Positions 40,010-53,700 of a stretch of DNA of 64,000 nt are shown piece after piece. The translations under genes and the position numbers were made by a program. Below the pieces are notes generated by a model. It was not told where the DNA came from and searched no databases. It saw nothing but the letters and a program-made list of their open reading frames with translations. Origin of the DNA: Eledone cirrhosa (lineage: Eukaryota); contig OZ024741.1 of assembly GCA_964016885.1 (NCBI GenBank), positions 348,874,001-348,938,000 of the forward strand, in the 5' to 3' direction. The stretch's first letter is position 1, and each line of letters starts with the position of its first letter.

Positions 40010-42064
40010 ATGGCACTTTTAAGGTTCCCGTTTGATTTCAACTTTACAGAAGACAACTTTGGCAGTGGCTTGGACAATACGACAGCCTATCCGGCTGGAT
40101 TTGCAGCCTACTCAGAGCAAGTGACCTTTGATTTCTGGCATTTTTCCATTGATAATGAGACATTCAATGACACAGCACAAAATAACAAACTCCCAGTTTA
40201 CCCCGGTGCTGGATTCCCTAGTGGTTACAGCTGGCCAACTATCATCATATCCACTTGTTTTGTTATAATACTCGTTGTTCTTGTCGGACTAGGCAATTTA
40301 CTTGTTTGCATTGCTATTTACACTGATAAAAATTTGAAAATAACCCAGAATTACTTCATAGCTTCTTTAGCCATAGCAGACATGTTGCTTGGCATTCTCG
40401 TAATGCCTTTATCGTGGTGTAACGAGATTTTAGGATATTGGTATTTTGGTCCAATTTTATGTGATTTGTGGTTATCCATAGATGTTCTATTGTGCACAGC
40501 TTCCATTTTAAACCTTGTTCTAATTAGTTTGGACCGTTATTGGTCGATCACAAGAGCTCTCCATTATCCTCAGCAAAGAACTCCCAAAAGAGCTGCTATA
40601 ATGATTGCTATTGTATGGGTTTTGTCAGGTATTATATGTTTGCCACCATTAATCGGCTGGAAACAGCCACGACCAGAAGGAAAAACTCTTTATCCAAAAT
40701 GTTTCTTAAGCGAAGATCTTGGATATGTGCTGTATTCTTCATGCGGTTCATTTTACATTCCAATGGTCATTATGGTTATAGTATATCTTCGAATTTATCT
40801 CGCTGCGTTGAGAAGAGCACGTGGTACTTTGAAAAAGAATCCAAAAGAAGTAAGTCCAGACGCAGTAAAAGACAAAACCACATCCTCTACCGCAACCAGT
40901 TTCACCACACCGCCCAAAAACAACAACCAGAAAGCCATCACCACTAATGCTTCATCACACACTGCAAATAACGCCCTTAAAGATACAAAATCTGCTAATG
41001 CCAACGGTAATTCTAATTGCATAGAAATCAAGCCTGTTGATAAAGAAGCACCTCCTCCAACTGAGAGTATAGTGCCCGTAAAAACAGATGATAAAGTATT
41101 AACGGTGCCGGCACAAGAAAATGGACATAGTGTATCGCTTCAAATTGAAGATGAGCAACGCAATCTCATACACACTGATTCCGATTCTGTTAGTAATTTG
41201 GTTAATAAAACGGCAACAAGTGACAGTGAAGTAGGTGAAATTCGGCCTCCAAATCAGCGTTTAGTACTGGTCACGGATACCGAGTCTTCTTTGGAATCAC
41301 CGAAAAAATCATGTGTTAAAGGAGACCTTTCCACAGAGTTAGAAACTGTGGAGGAAAACGCAAAGCCATTATTAGCTGGTGACACTGATTCAACGACGTA
41401 TTATGATTCCCCTTATTTATCACCGGAAACTCAAATGACTGATACTGGAACATGTACGGAATTAAAGACACCGACTACAACCCGAAAAGAAACTAACCAG
41501 TTTCAGCAACCAAATCAGGTTGAACGTGAGGAAAGTGAAGATCATGGTGAAAACCATGCTGAAGATGAGAATTTAACGCGCAAAAATCCAATTACAGAAG
41601 CTTTGCCTTCTCCAAATATCAAAGAAATTAACGACAAAACACACAAGGACAAAAAGAAAAACAGAAAGAAAAAAGAACATATTTTAATGACAAATTTTAA
41701 AAAGGGACACAAAAACAAAGCAGATATTGAGAAAAACCGCAAGGAACAAACTTGGAAAGCTCCTTCCGCACGCGACGCGGAAAAACAAAAACGACGAATC
41801 GCCAAAGCGCGCGAGCGGAGAGCCACCATTGTACTAGGCATAGTAATGGCGGCATTTATTTTGTGTTGGTGTCCATTTTTCACACTCTACGTTATTTCGG
41901 CATTCTGTGATGGTTGTATACCGATTTTGGTATTTAACATTTTCTTTTGGTTCGGTTATTGCAATTCAGCGTTAAACCCTGTTATATATACTGTGTTCAA
42001 TCGAGACTTTAAGCATGCTTTTATTAAGATTCTTTTCGGGAACAGGAATGTCAAAAGACGCTGA
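40010..42064 (+). CDS. Intronless aminergic GPCR, alpha2-adrenergic-like octopamine (Oct-alpha2R-type) receptor, 684 aa
   Basis: Seven TMs; GN, SLAIAD, TM3 Asp in IDVLLCTASILNL, DRYWSIT, TM5 SSCGSFYIP, CWCPFF, WFGYCNSALNPVIY; N-terminal PSGYS and RERRATIVLG resemble invertebrate alpha2-like receptors; ~340-aa ICL3. Confidence 0.9.
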   Translation: MALLRFPFDFNFTEDNFGSGLDNTTAYPAGFAAYSEQVTFDFWHFSIDNETFNDTAQNNKLPVYPGAGFPSGYSWPTIIISTCFVIILVVLVGLGNLLVCIAIYTDKNLKITQNYFIASLAIADMLLGILVMPLSWCNEILGYWYFGPILCDLWLSIDVLLCTASILNLVLISLDRYWSITRALHYPQQRTPKRAAIMIAIVWVLSGIICLPPLIGWKQPRPEGKTLYPKCFLSEDLGYVLYSSCGSFYIPMVIMVIVYLRIYLAALRRARGTLKKNPKEVSPDAVKDKTTSSTATSFTTPPKNNNQKAITTNASSHTANNALKDTKSANANGNSNCIEIKPVDKEAPPPTESIVPVKTDDKVLTVPAQENGHSVSLQIEDEQRNLIHTDSDSVSNLVNKTATSDSEVGEIRPPNQRLVLVTDTESSLESPKKSCVKGDLSTELETVEENAKPLLAGDTDSTTYYDSPYLSPETQMTDTGTCTELKTPTTTRKETNQFQQPNQVEREESEDHGENHAEDENLTRKNPITEALPSPNIKEINDKTHKDKKKNRKKKEHILMTNFKKGHKNKADIEKNRKEQTWKAPSARDAEKQKRRIAKARERRATIVLGIVMAAFILCWCPFFTLYVISAFCDGCIPILVFNIFFWFGYCNSALNPVIYTVFNRDFKHAFIKILFGNRNVKRR

Positions 42065-42266
42065 AATATAAGTAAAAAAGTAATTATTACTTATTGTACG
42101 GTATCTAATGATACCAAAAACACACAAATCAAAACAGGAAAGCTATGAAGAGCATTGAAACTTAAAACAAACAAAACAATTTTTATTACAATGGGTGTAA
42201 TTCACTAATGTATACATACATATATACATATATTACGAAGATAATAATAATATATATTATATATGT

Positions 42267-42448
<182 letters not shown>

Positions 42449-42773
42449 CAGTAGAAAACATTTTGAGAAACTCTAGTAAAGGGAAAAAAAATTAAAAGTG
42501 TGTGCAATATATGAATAAACATATATATATATATATATATAAATATATATATATATATGTGTGTGTGTGTTTGTACGTATATATATATATGTATGTGTGT
42601 GTATGTGTGTGCGCGTGCGGTGGGTGTCTGTGTGTATGTCAGTGTGCATGTGTGCGACAAAGAAAATGATTATACACCACTTCAAATTGATATATATGTG
42701 TAATTGTAATTAGATACAGTATGCGTACATATCTATATCTGTGAATATGCATATAGATGAGCATGTATGCATA

Positions 42774-42855
<82 letters not shown>

Positions 42856-43444
42856 TATTTATTTATATATATATATGCATATATAAGTATATACATATAT
42901 ATGTGTATGTGTCTGTGTGTGCGCGTGTGTGTGCGTGTATATATGTGTGTGTGGGTGGGTGTGTGTTTGTATGTGTGTGTGTGTGTGTGTATAAATAAGC
43001 ATATGTATAATTTCAGCATAAATTCGCGCACATTGATGTAAAACATACAGTGTTTTTTGTTTGTTTGTTTGTTTTTTTTTTTGTTTGTTTTTTCCTTTTT
43101 TTCCGTTTCAGGAAGAGAGACATTGCAAACTTAAAACTTATTTGAAAGAAATTGTAGTTACAAAACCATATACAGAAATTGAGAAAATGTATATCCGGTT
43201 CGGAGAAATTCCAGAATAGTTATGTTATTTTATTTGGTGAATGATCTACATATGTATTCATTTAAAAAAATATTATTACAATATTCTTAATATTTTATCT
43301 GTTGAAATTATCATTAAAACTTCTTTTTATTTGTTTTTATCTTCATTTATTTATCATTTATTGCTGTTTTGTGTTAATCCTTATTTTGGCTTGATGAAGT
43401 TGAAATTTCTTCTGTACTATATATATGTGTGTGGGTTGGTTGTT

Positions 43445-43536
<92 letters not shown>

Positions 43537-43550
43537 CATACATACATACA

Positions 43551-43596
<46 letters not shown>

Positions 43597-43623
43597 CATA
43601 TAATCAAAAGTAGAAGATATATG

Positions 43624-43657
<34 letters not shown>

Positions 43658-44060
43658 ATGAGAAAGAAACATATATCCAGAGAAGATACATATACTAAGT
43701 CACATGTAAATACATATTACAGAGAAGAACATGTATTTAAGATGGAATCAAAAGAGACCTTATGGTGCCATTTCGTTAACTGTAAACTGCGATTTAAAAT
43801 CTATCCATGTGAACGGATATCGATCACAAACTATTGATTAAGATTAAACAACAGCAGACTCAGAAAATACGTCAAAGGTACAGTCTTTACCATTCTAATA
43901 GTAAAACAGAAACAAAAATGTAGTATATAGAGCAATATACTTGCAGATATCCTGAGAGAAGTTTAACACACCACACCATTTTAAAAACCGCATGGAAGAA
44001 CTCATGGTGTAACTACGAAGACGACAGCTACGATATATGGTTCTTTCTCTCTCTTTCTCT

Positions 44061-44127
<67 letters not shown>

Positions 44128-45325
44128 TCTTCTATTTTGACTTAATATGCTCTGAATATTGTCTATTGAGAAGCACATAATTCAAACATATTTGATATGT
44201 TACATTTGTATGTATATATATATATATAAATTCAGATCTGGGAAAGCAAACTATATAAGAAAAAAATCTTTACTTAATTATTTTAATGTCCTTACTGCAG
44301 TCTAATTGAGAAAATAACGATACTCCGAGTAGACTACTGTGAGAAATCTTAAAACATCAGGAGACTTTCTCAATCAAGAAAGAAAATTCATGACAGAATA
44401 ATTCCTTCCTGCTCGCTATGTATGGAAATTTCAAATTGAAGAACTGTCTTGTGATATGTACTCAACAGGACGGTATTAAGTTGGATATTTGCAGGTTGCA
44501 TGCTACTAGAAAAACCAATCAGATTCGGCCAAATTTTGACGCTACGATAGGGGAGTGTATTACAAATTAAATGAAGACATTTATATATATCTTTACACAA
44601 GTATAGATACATTCAAAGGCGTCCAGCCTATACTAGGCTTTGCTATATGAAAGAATTAATAAAAATCAACCCATTCAGAGCTTAATAAAATAATTGTTTC
44701 TATTTTAGGCACAAGGCCAGCAATTACCCAGAAATTAATAAAATAATCTTTAGGAAAACAAAAAAGATAAGAAAAAAATATTTACTTGCTTACTTTAATG
44801 TCCCCACATCAGTTTCATTGAGAAAATAAAGTTACTCCGAGTAGATTTCTCGCAATACAATCTTCAGATATCGTTAGTTATGATTTTATTAAGCACTGAA
44901 TGGGTCGACTTTTGTTAATCCTTTCATAGAGCAAACTTAGTATCGGTTGGACGCCTTTGTATGTATCTATATTTGTGTAAAGATATATATATTTCTTCAT
45001 TTAATTTATATATAGATATAATATATATAAGTATATATATCATAACTCATGTCTATAGAATTAATCAGATATTAAAATATATACTATTTCTTCTTCTAAT
45101 CAGCATAATTAACCATATACATAATCAAATCTAGCAAGCTTTAAGAATAAATTTTCTCACGGGGAAATCTCCGACAAATAACTGACCGCAGCTAGTTCGC
45201 GTTAACTCCGTTCACCATTTATCAAACATTTCGGCAGCATGCAGAATCCGATCAAATACACCGTCAACCGCACGTAATTAGTAGTAAAATTAAACTTAGA
45301 AGAAATGCGCACATACCGTAATTAT

Positions 45326-45406
45326 ATCTCTACCATGGTTTCTTCCTAGTTTAGGACATCCAAATAATATGGATATGCTTTTTTGAGTCAGGAATCTTCA
45401 GGAGAC
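45326..45406 (-). ncRNA. Type I hammerhead ribozyme (unit 1)
   Basis: GTCTC-CTGAAGA-TTCCT..AGGAA-GAAA-CCATGG-TA/GAGAT; canonical core, GUA site, palindromic stem III. Confidence 0.85.
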
Positions 45407-46016
45407 AAACTCAGAAATAGACATTTAATTTCTCAGACAGACCGCGCCAAATTTAGATTCAAAAATCGCTAAGATCGCTATGTAGCTGTGTACCAGCTAG
45501 AGAGAAAGCGTGTGATTGGTCGCTTACGGCGGGTAGGCATGCTGCTAGAAAGCGCAGCCATATATCGCCAAATTTAATCTCAACCGAAAGGGAGATTATT
45601 AAATATAGAGGTTATAACATACATAAAATTAAATTAAATTAAATCAAGGATACATATATGTGTTGCAACTGTTCACTTTTAAGCTCAATGAAGAATTAAT
45701 AAATTAAAATCAAAAAATCAGAGCATTATATCATAACTCATGTCTATAGAATTAATCAGATATTAAAATATATACTATTTCTTCTTCTAATCAGCATAAT
45801 TAACCATATACATAATCAAATCTAGCAAGCTTTAAGAATAAATTTTCTCACGGGGAAATCTCCGACAAATAACTGACCGCAGCTAGTTCGCGTTAACTCC
45901 GTTCACCATTTATCAAACATTTCGGCAGCATGCAGAATCCGATCAAATACACCGTCAACCGCACGTAATTAGTAGTAAAATTAAACTTAGAAGAAATGCG
46001 CACATACCGTAATTAT

Positions 46017-46097
46017 ATCTCTACCATGGTTTCTTCCTAGTTTAGGACATCCAAATAATATGGATATGCTTTTTTGAGTCAGGAATCTTCAGGAGAC
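46017..46097 (-). ncRNA. Type I hammerhead ribozyme (unit 2)
   Basis: Identical to 45326-45406, exactly 691 nt away. Confidence 0.85.
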
Positions 46098-46224
46098 AAA
46101 CTCAGAAATAGACATTTAATTTCTCAGACAGACCGCGCCAAATTTAGATTCAAAAATCGCACGATCGCTATGTAGCTGTGTACCAACCAGAGAGAAAGCG
46201 TGTGATTGGTCGTTTACGGCGGGT

Positions 46225-46570
46225 AGGCATGTTCTGGTGTAAATCCGTGAAAGGTTTATTTTACTATGATTATTTCAATGACTGGGTTCAGTATGAATCC
46301 GGTGACATCATCAGAATATAACGTAGGAATATATCAGATAAAAATGTTTGGTGTTTAAATCAGAGACTTGAGGGAAGTCGCTAAAATACCGGCCACCCTA
46401 TTGTCTCTTATTTAAACACCAAAGATTTTTATCTGATATATTCCTTCGTTATATTTTGAATTACCTGATGATGTCACCGGATTCATACTGAACCTGGTCA
46501 TTGAAATGATCATAGTAAAATAAACCTTTCAGGGATTTACACCAGACCATGCCTCCTGTTATTTTGTAAT
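46225..46570 (+). mobile_element. Fold-back HHR element (arms ~46225-46367 / 46403-46554)
   Basis: Inverted arms from AGGCATG to CATGCCT; ends in TA/GA repeats. Confidence 0.8.
46461..46518 (+). ncRNA. Minimal type I hammerhead ribozyme
   Basis: TTAC-CTGATGA-TGTCACCGG..CTGGTCATT-GAAA-TGATCA-TA/GTAA; damaged mirror copy at ~46261-46318 (-). Confidence 0.7.
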
Positions 46571-46590
46571 ATATATATATACATATATAT

Positions 46591-46679
<89 letters not shown>

Positions 46680-46835
46680 TAGTATATCTACCAACATATG
46701 TATACAGATGTATACCCATGCTAGCAAATATATATGTTATGTCTTAGTACCTTTGTGGTTCTATGCAGAACAATTATATGAAAGACGTAAAATTAGAAAA
46801 TTTTAAAAATTAAAAATCAACTTACTAAAATTATC

Positions 46836-46917
46836 ACTCCAACAAATTAGTTTCTGTAAGGGAGTAAATAGAGTTACGCAATGCAACTATAGAGAAGTCC
46901 TTACGTCATCAGGGAGT
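46836..46917 (-). ncRNA. Type I hammerhead ribozyme within element 46780-47214
   Basis: ACTCC-CTGATGA-CGTAAGG..CCTTACA-GAAA-CTAATTTG-TT/GGAGT; perfect 5-bp stem I; element has ~50-bp terminal inverted arms. Confidence 0.7.
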
Positions 46918-47209
46918 CTATTCTCATCTAAGTTCCCAGGCAATGCGCGGACACTAGGAACCCATATGAAAATAATAATTCAGTGGATGGAATAAATTCC
47001 AGGGCACTGAAAAAATTCACTGCCTACTTAGTCAGTGGCAAATTCTAAAGAATCAATCACGTGACACTGGGGTTAATCAGTGAGGAGTGGGGTGGTATTA
47101 TGACAAGAGCCTAACTACTACCTTGAACCATAGCAGTAAATTTTGGCAAGTTTTGCTCTAAATTTTAGTAAGTTGATTTTTAATTTTAAAAATTTTCTTA
47201 TTTAACGTC

Positions 47210-47327
<118 letters not shown>

Positions 47328-48097
47328 ATACATTTATGTATATCAATATCAATATATATATACTTACATATATATATGTGTGAATGTGTGTGTGTATGTG
47401 TGTGTGGGGGGGGGGGGGTTTGTATGGGTATTGTTTGCTGTAATTAATTAAAAAATGGAAATGAATTGGAGGAATCATAGACTGAAGGACACGAATACCT
47501 TGCAGTACTTACTTATGTACCTTAATGTTCTTAATTAATCTTCTTCCAATCTCTCAAATTTGTATTTTAACTATCTGGAGTCACTCAAATACATACAGTT
47601 AAGTATTTTTATAGATATAATTGACTATGCCATAAACCACAATTGAATATATTGTTACTAACAACATTCATTCTATCTTGGAGGTTTCGCAGAATCAGTA
47701 GAGTGTCAAAAAATAAATTTACGTTCCTATTTTCACATTCTGCCGGGTCACTATTTTCAACATTGTTTTTCATCCTTCAGGGCTCGATAATATAAGTATC
47801 GCAAAAGTACTGAGGTCGATTCAAGCGACTATATTTGTTTTGTTTTTTTATATTGAGCCATAGTAGAAATGAATGTAATTTTTTGTATATTAAAAATATT
47901 AAGAAAAGTGATTGGCAGAATCAGTACAACGACAAGCGCATCATCCGATTGTTGATTTCGTCTTTCACTCTTCCAAAGCTGATAGAATATGGTACCAGTC
48001 GTATACAGAGCTGGATTCCAAGATTTGTGTCCTGGTCTCTGTTTAAGAATATTTCACATTTTTATTATTTGTATATTATTATTATTATTATTATTAT

Positions 48098-50145
48098 TTG
48101 CATTTATCTTGCTTTATGTTTATACGAGTTATCACCAAGTCACAACCAGTGACCTCAAGAGACAACAAGGTCCGCCATGTTCAAGAAAGAACATACATAT
48201 TCACACATGCATCCTTAGTGTTTAGACTTGTGATGCACTTATATTGACAAGATCTTCCTTAGTATATGGGCAGTTCCCATTAGTACTATCTTTTGTATTT
48301 CTCCTATACGCGGGTTTCCTGGGATTTGCGATAAGTAGTCGTTAGACCCCTTAGATATCATTCCCAGAGCGCCTACAATCACTGGTATTGTTTTAGTTCT
48401 CAATTTCCACATTTTTCCAATTTCTATCTCCAGGTCCTTATACTTGCTCAATTTTTCAAATGTTTTTATAGATACATTCTTGTCTATTGGAACAGACATA
48501 TCAATTAGCAGGCATACCCTCCTTTGAAAGTCCTTCAATATTATATCAGGTCTATTTGCATCTATTTTTCGGTCTGTTTGGATGCTAAAGTTCCACAAGA
48601 TTGAGATGTGATCTTTTTCAAGTATGGGAGGTGGTTGATGCTCCCACCAATTCTTTTGATGGGGCAGGTCAAAATGCTTACACATTATCCAATGTATGTA
48701 TTGTGCAGCTCTGTCATGCCTGTTTAGGTATTCGGTTGGAGCTATAGGACTGCACATTGAAATTATATGGTCAATGGTCTCTGGTTGTTTTTTGCATACA
48801 TGGCATAATGGGCTGCATCCATTTTTTATTATGTTGGCTTGGAAAATTTTTGTTGGCAGACACTGATCTTGTGCCGATATAATCAGTCCTTCAGTCTCCG
48901 ATTTCAGTCCAGAGGATGCCAACCACTGATGGGTTAAAGTTTTGTCAACATCAGGATTGTTAGCTCGCTCTGGGTATTTTCCTTACAGAGGCTTTTCTTG
49001 CCATTTCTTAGCCAGTTTCTGTAGCAGTTCTTTCTTTGCAGTTACTTTTACCTGCTTTGCTTTTTCTGTGTTTTCCATTTCAGCAGTAAATGGGACTTCT
49101 GAAATTTGTAGTCCATTACTGTATCTTTGTGCATCTTTTGTAATGGAATATGATCTTTTGGTGCTTTCGTGTTTCAAAACGAGTTTGATCATCCAATCAT
49201 GTGATTCCCTTAGATATGTGGATAATCCAATTGTTGCAGTTTTCAACGCAATGTCTAACTGGATTAACCCACGTCCTCCTTCTTTCCTAGGGAGATATAT
49301 TCTATCTATGTCTGCCTTAGGGTGATGCATTCTGTGCATGGTTAAGAATTTTCGAATTTTTGTATCGAGCCTACGGATCTCTGTGCTTGACCAGTTGATG
49401 ACATTGTAACTGTAGGTTACTACTGGTATGGCAAGCGTGTTTATGGCATCGATCCTATTCCTTGCATTCAATTCCGTTCTTAAGATTGCTCTGACTCTGC
49501 TGTAACATTCCTTCCTTATCCTTTCCCTCATTGTCGAGTGCTTGATTCCGTCTCCTTCACAAACACCTAGATATTTGTAAGTTTTTTCTTGATCAAGCTC
49601 TCTTATCACGTTCCCCCGATCAAGATTAATGTCTGAACTCTTCAGCAGCTTTCCTCTGGTGAACGTTGCTTTGGCGCATTTATCCAGTCCAAACTCCATT
49701 TTAATGTCATCACTGAACTGCTTCACAGTGGATAATAGCCCTTGCAATTGTTCATCATTTTTTGCAAATAGTTTCAGGTCATCCATGTAGAACAGGTGAT
49801 TAATGGTTTTGTCATAGACTCTATATCCATGTTTTGTTTCATTGAGCATTTTACTTAATGGTATAAGTGCGATGCAGAATAAAAGCGGTGATAAAGAGTC
49901 ACCCTGAAAAATTCCACAATTAATGTTAACTTCTCCAGCTTCCAGTGATTTTGTTTCACTATTCAAAAGGAGTGTCGTTCTCCATGTCCTCATACTGAAT
50001 GACAAAAACCTCCTGACAACGGGGGATATTTTGAAAATCTCTAAACATTTTTCAATCCAACTGTGTGGCAAACTATCGAATGCTTTTTTATAATCTATCC
50101 AAGCAATCGATAGATTTTTGTGTCTATTATGACAATCTTCCAGTA

Positions 50146-50148
<3 letters not shown>
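48098..50148 (-). pseudogene. 5'-truncated R4/Dong-type retrotransposon in (TAA)n
   Basis: WIDYKKAFDS, GIFQGDSLSP, FYMDDLK, YKYLG, GGRGL; in-frame TAA at 48983-48985, then SAQDQ, CHVC..HIISMC, NRHD, RPDII..IDMSVP..KLSKY. Confidence 0.92.
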
Positions 50149-50192
<44 letters not shown>

Positions 50193-50199
50193 GTTGTTA

Positions 50200-53100
50200 T
50201 TCCTTGAATCTCAGTCATTGATGTTGGTTAACTGGAAAGTCCGTTGGATTGAATATCAAGCCACTACCTGCAGCCTCAGATATTCAGGACGTATCGGAGG
50301 GTTCTTGCTGTTCCAAGCAAGCATGCCTTTTGAAGCGTTCCAAAAAGCGTGAAGGGGCCGATTTTCTTTAACCATCCCTGGAAACTTTTGGAGATAGTCC
50401 CCAGTGCGCCTATGACAATCGGGATCACTTTGACTTCATGGCAGTTCCAGATCCTTTTCACCTCCCACTTTAGGTCCTGGTATCGGTTAATTTTCTCCCT
50501 CTCCTTCTCTTGCACTCTCGTGTCGAATGGGCAGGCCACATCCACAATCAGACACGATCTTTTTTCTTTGTCCACAACCACCAGGTCAGGTCTATTGTGT
50601 TCCAGTTTTTTGTCCGTCTGTATCCTAAAATCCCACAGCACCTTCACCTGATTGTTCTCCATCACCGCCTCTGGCTTATGCTCATACCATTTCTCAGAAT
50701 GTGGTAAATTGTTTACTTTGCACAGGTGCCAGTGGATCACCCTGCCCATCACATCGTGTCTCCAGCCCTTATAGTGGGTCTGGGCTAGGTGTTTACACTC
50801 GGACACAAGGTGAGCCACAGTCTCCTCTCTCTCTCCACAGATCCTGCACAGTGGGCTAGCCTCCTCCTTGTAGATATGGTGCTTCAACCACTTCGTTTTG
50901 AGGGCCTGCTCCTGCGCAGCCATTAGCATTCCTTCTGTAGCCTTTTTGAGGTCTCCTCTTCACAACCAGTTCCATGTCTGTGGATCTCTAAATTCAGTTT
51001 TCTCAAAGAAGGTACTATGAAGGGATTTTCCCTTAAGGCTGCTCTTCCTCCTTGATGTTATTTCCTCCTTGGACATCCCCTGGCCTACTGTCCCCTCCTT
51101 CAGTACAGTTCTGAGCATTGGCTCCTTACTATAGGTCACGTATTTGTATAGGTTGTTTTTCTCCATCTGAACACAGTCCTCTATGCTGATAAGACCTCTT
51201 CCACCCTCAGATCTCCTTAGGTAGAGTCTATCGACATCACTCCTCTTGTGGAACATGTTGTAGATAGTCAATAGCTTCCTAGTCTTCCTATCCATTTCTT
51301 TTTGTTCAGCAACATTCCATCTCAGAATTCCCGCACTGTACCTAATAATAGACACAGCTCGGGAATTTACTGCGCTTATGGCATTTCTGCTGTTCAGATG
51401 TGACTTCAATACGCTCCTTACTCTCCGAATGTATTCAGTTCTTAACAATTCCTTCATTTTTTTGTTCTTTATGCCATCAGCCTCCAGAACGCCCAAATAC
51501 TTGTATCCTTCCTCAGAGTCAATTTCCTTTATCATCTCACCTGTTGGTATCTGGATCCCGTTACTTCTGCTCAACCTACCCCTCTTCATCACAATGACTC
51601 CACATTTACCAATACCAAACTGCATACATATATCACTGCTGAAAATACGGACAGTGTCAACAAGCACATCCAACTCCTTCTCACTTTTCCCGAAGAGCTT
51701 AAGATCGTCCATGAAGAGGAGGTTATTGATGGTAAGCTCTCCCCTTCCCAACTTGTATCCTGCTCTCACTTTTCGCAGCATAATGGTCAAGGGCATCAGG
51801 GCAAGGACAAACAACAGAGGGGACAGGCTATCTCCCTGGAAGATACCTCTCTTGATCTTCACGCTTCCCAAGGATACTCCAGTTGATGTCAACTCTGTCT
51901 CCCAGGACCCCATACTCCTGCCTAGCAACTGTCTGATGTTATCTGCCACCTTGAAGATCTCCAGGCTTTTGGTGATCCAGGAATGGGGCACCATGTCAAA
52001 TGCCTTTCTGTAGTCTATCCATCCCATGGCAAGATCAGTGTGTCTCCTCCTGCAATTCCCCATTACCATCTTATCAATAAGTAACTGGTCCTTTGTACCA
52101 CGTGACTTCTTTCGGCATCCTTTCTGTTCGTCCGGTAACAAGTTATTTGTGTGGAGGTGATGGTAGATTTCCTCAGACACAATGCTCGTCAACAGTTTCC
52201 ACATTACGGACAGACATGTGATAGGTCTATAGTTGGTAACATCATTACCCTTGATTCGGTCTTTCATTATCAGAACTGTGGTACCTTTTGTCAACCACTC
52301 TGGCACCTCACCCGACACCAAGCAGTCATTGAACATGGCCGTCAGCTTCGGGTGGAGGGATGTTAAATGTTTAATCCAATACCCCTGCACACCATCTGGG
52401 CCTGGTGATTTCCAGTTGGTTAGTTTTTTGGCCTACCCCTTAAGAGTTTCAACTGTGATACTCAACTCAGTTTGTTGTTGTGCCTGCTCACCGATCTCCC
52501 TCTGTACTGTCTCAATCCACCCTGCCTGGGCATTGTGTCTAACATCCTGCTCCCATATTCCTCTCCAGAATGTTTTAGTTTGCTCCGCCCCAGGGATCAA
52601 GTCGTTGCCTCTTTCTTTCCCCTCAAGCTGTCCAAACAGCATCTTCTGGTTGTTGTCGAACATGCGGTTCTGTTTATACTGACTGACTCTGTTCTCGTAT
52701 CGCCTGATTTTTGCACTCTTTGCTACAATGCGTTGCTTCAGTTCCTCTATGATAATATTTAGCTTTTTACTCCTAGTTTTGTATTTTATTTCCAGTCTAT
52801 TTTTAGTGCCTATGTTTTTTAGTGTCCCATTCAGTAGTGACTCAAGCTTTCCTATGTCATTTCTCATTTCCCCGATTTGCCCACTCAGTCGCTTCTTCCA
52901 CCACGGCTCTGCTCTTTCTTGTCTGTTGTTTCCTCTCGCTTTTATACCAAGTAGTTTCCTCACCGTATTTGCTGTTGCTTTGAGGATATTGTTGCACTGG
53001 TGAAGGCTCCTCGCCTCAAGGTATGGGATGACTTTGTTTACCTTAGCTGTTGTTTCTTTTAACTTTTTCCTGTCTACAAATCTTAGGTTCATAGGTCTCC

Positions 53101-53700
53101 CACTATCATTGTTCAATTCATCTACCACTAAATTTAGGATGTCAACCGAATCTTGTCCTAGCCCGTCAGCATTCATCTCCTCAGTGGCCGTATCTCTGTT
53201 CCGGGTATTATTTATCTCAGTATTCAGATCATTGTCTGCTTCGGGTGGTTCCTCCGTTCTCAGGACCTCTTCACCTTCATTTCCCACTGGCTCGCTTGTC
53301 TGGCATACTACACCCGCCATCTCCAAGCCATTCTCTCTGCTCAGTTCCTCCAGTTCCAGCTCGCTTATCCATCCATTAGTTCTTATTACCCGAGCCTGCC
53401 CGGCCAATTTTTGTTCATCTAATTTAAATAAACCAATCTCGTTCCAGATGTTATGCATCCGTCTCCTGTAGCCCCTCTCCTTGGGGTTACTTTTCAGGTA
53501 ACATTGCATAACAGTTCTATTCAATTCTTTCGTCCAGTTGGTTCTGGCCCCTTTCCTTCTTCTCCTTCCTCCAACATCAGCAGTATTTGGTTGACAGTCA
53601 GGTTCCTGCTGCTGAGCCAGGGGGCACCTGTTGGGTGAGAGTCTGTCACATGACGTTCTAGACTCCATTTCACCGTTATTCGAACTGTTTATGTTCGATA
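50200..53700 (-). pseudogene. Full-length single-ORF R4/Dong-type retrotransposon (ORF 53668-50276, two in-frame stops)
   Basis: ORFs 52433-53668, 50960-52390 and 50276-50929 are in one frame, split by TAG (52433-35) and TGA (50960-62); WKSPGPDG, NYRPITCL, FQGDSLSP, FMDD, CCHC, RHD, RPDL..DVACP; 3' end joins (TAA)n. Confidence 0.92.

Larger units (their letters stand above)
45040..46231 (-). mobile_element. Retrozyme-like element: 1.7 head-to-tail copies of a 691-nt HHR-containing unit
   Basis: TCATAACTCATG at 45040 and 45731; near-identical copies; one HHR per unit; no ORF. Confidence 0.85.

Noticed and set aside
44835-44875. CTGAAGA-TTGTATTGCGA-GAAA on the minus strand
   Set aside because: Stem I strands are not complementary
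48983-50218. N-terminal poly-Ile extension of the RT ORF
   Set aside because: Read-through from the neighbouring element's 3' UTR across (TAA)n; the element is truncated near 50148
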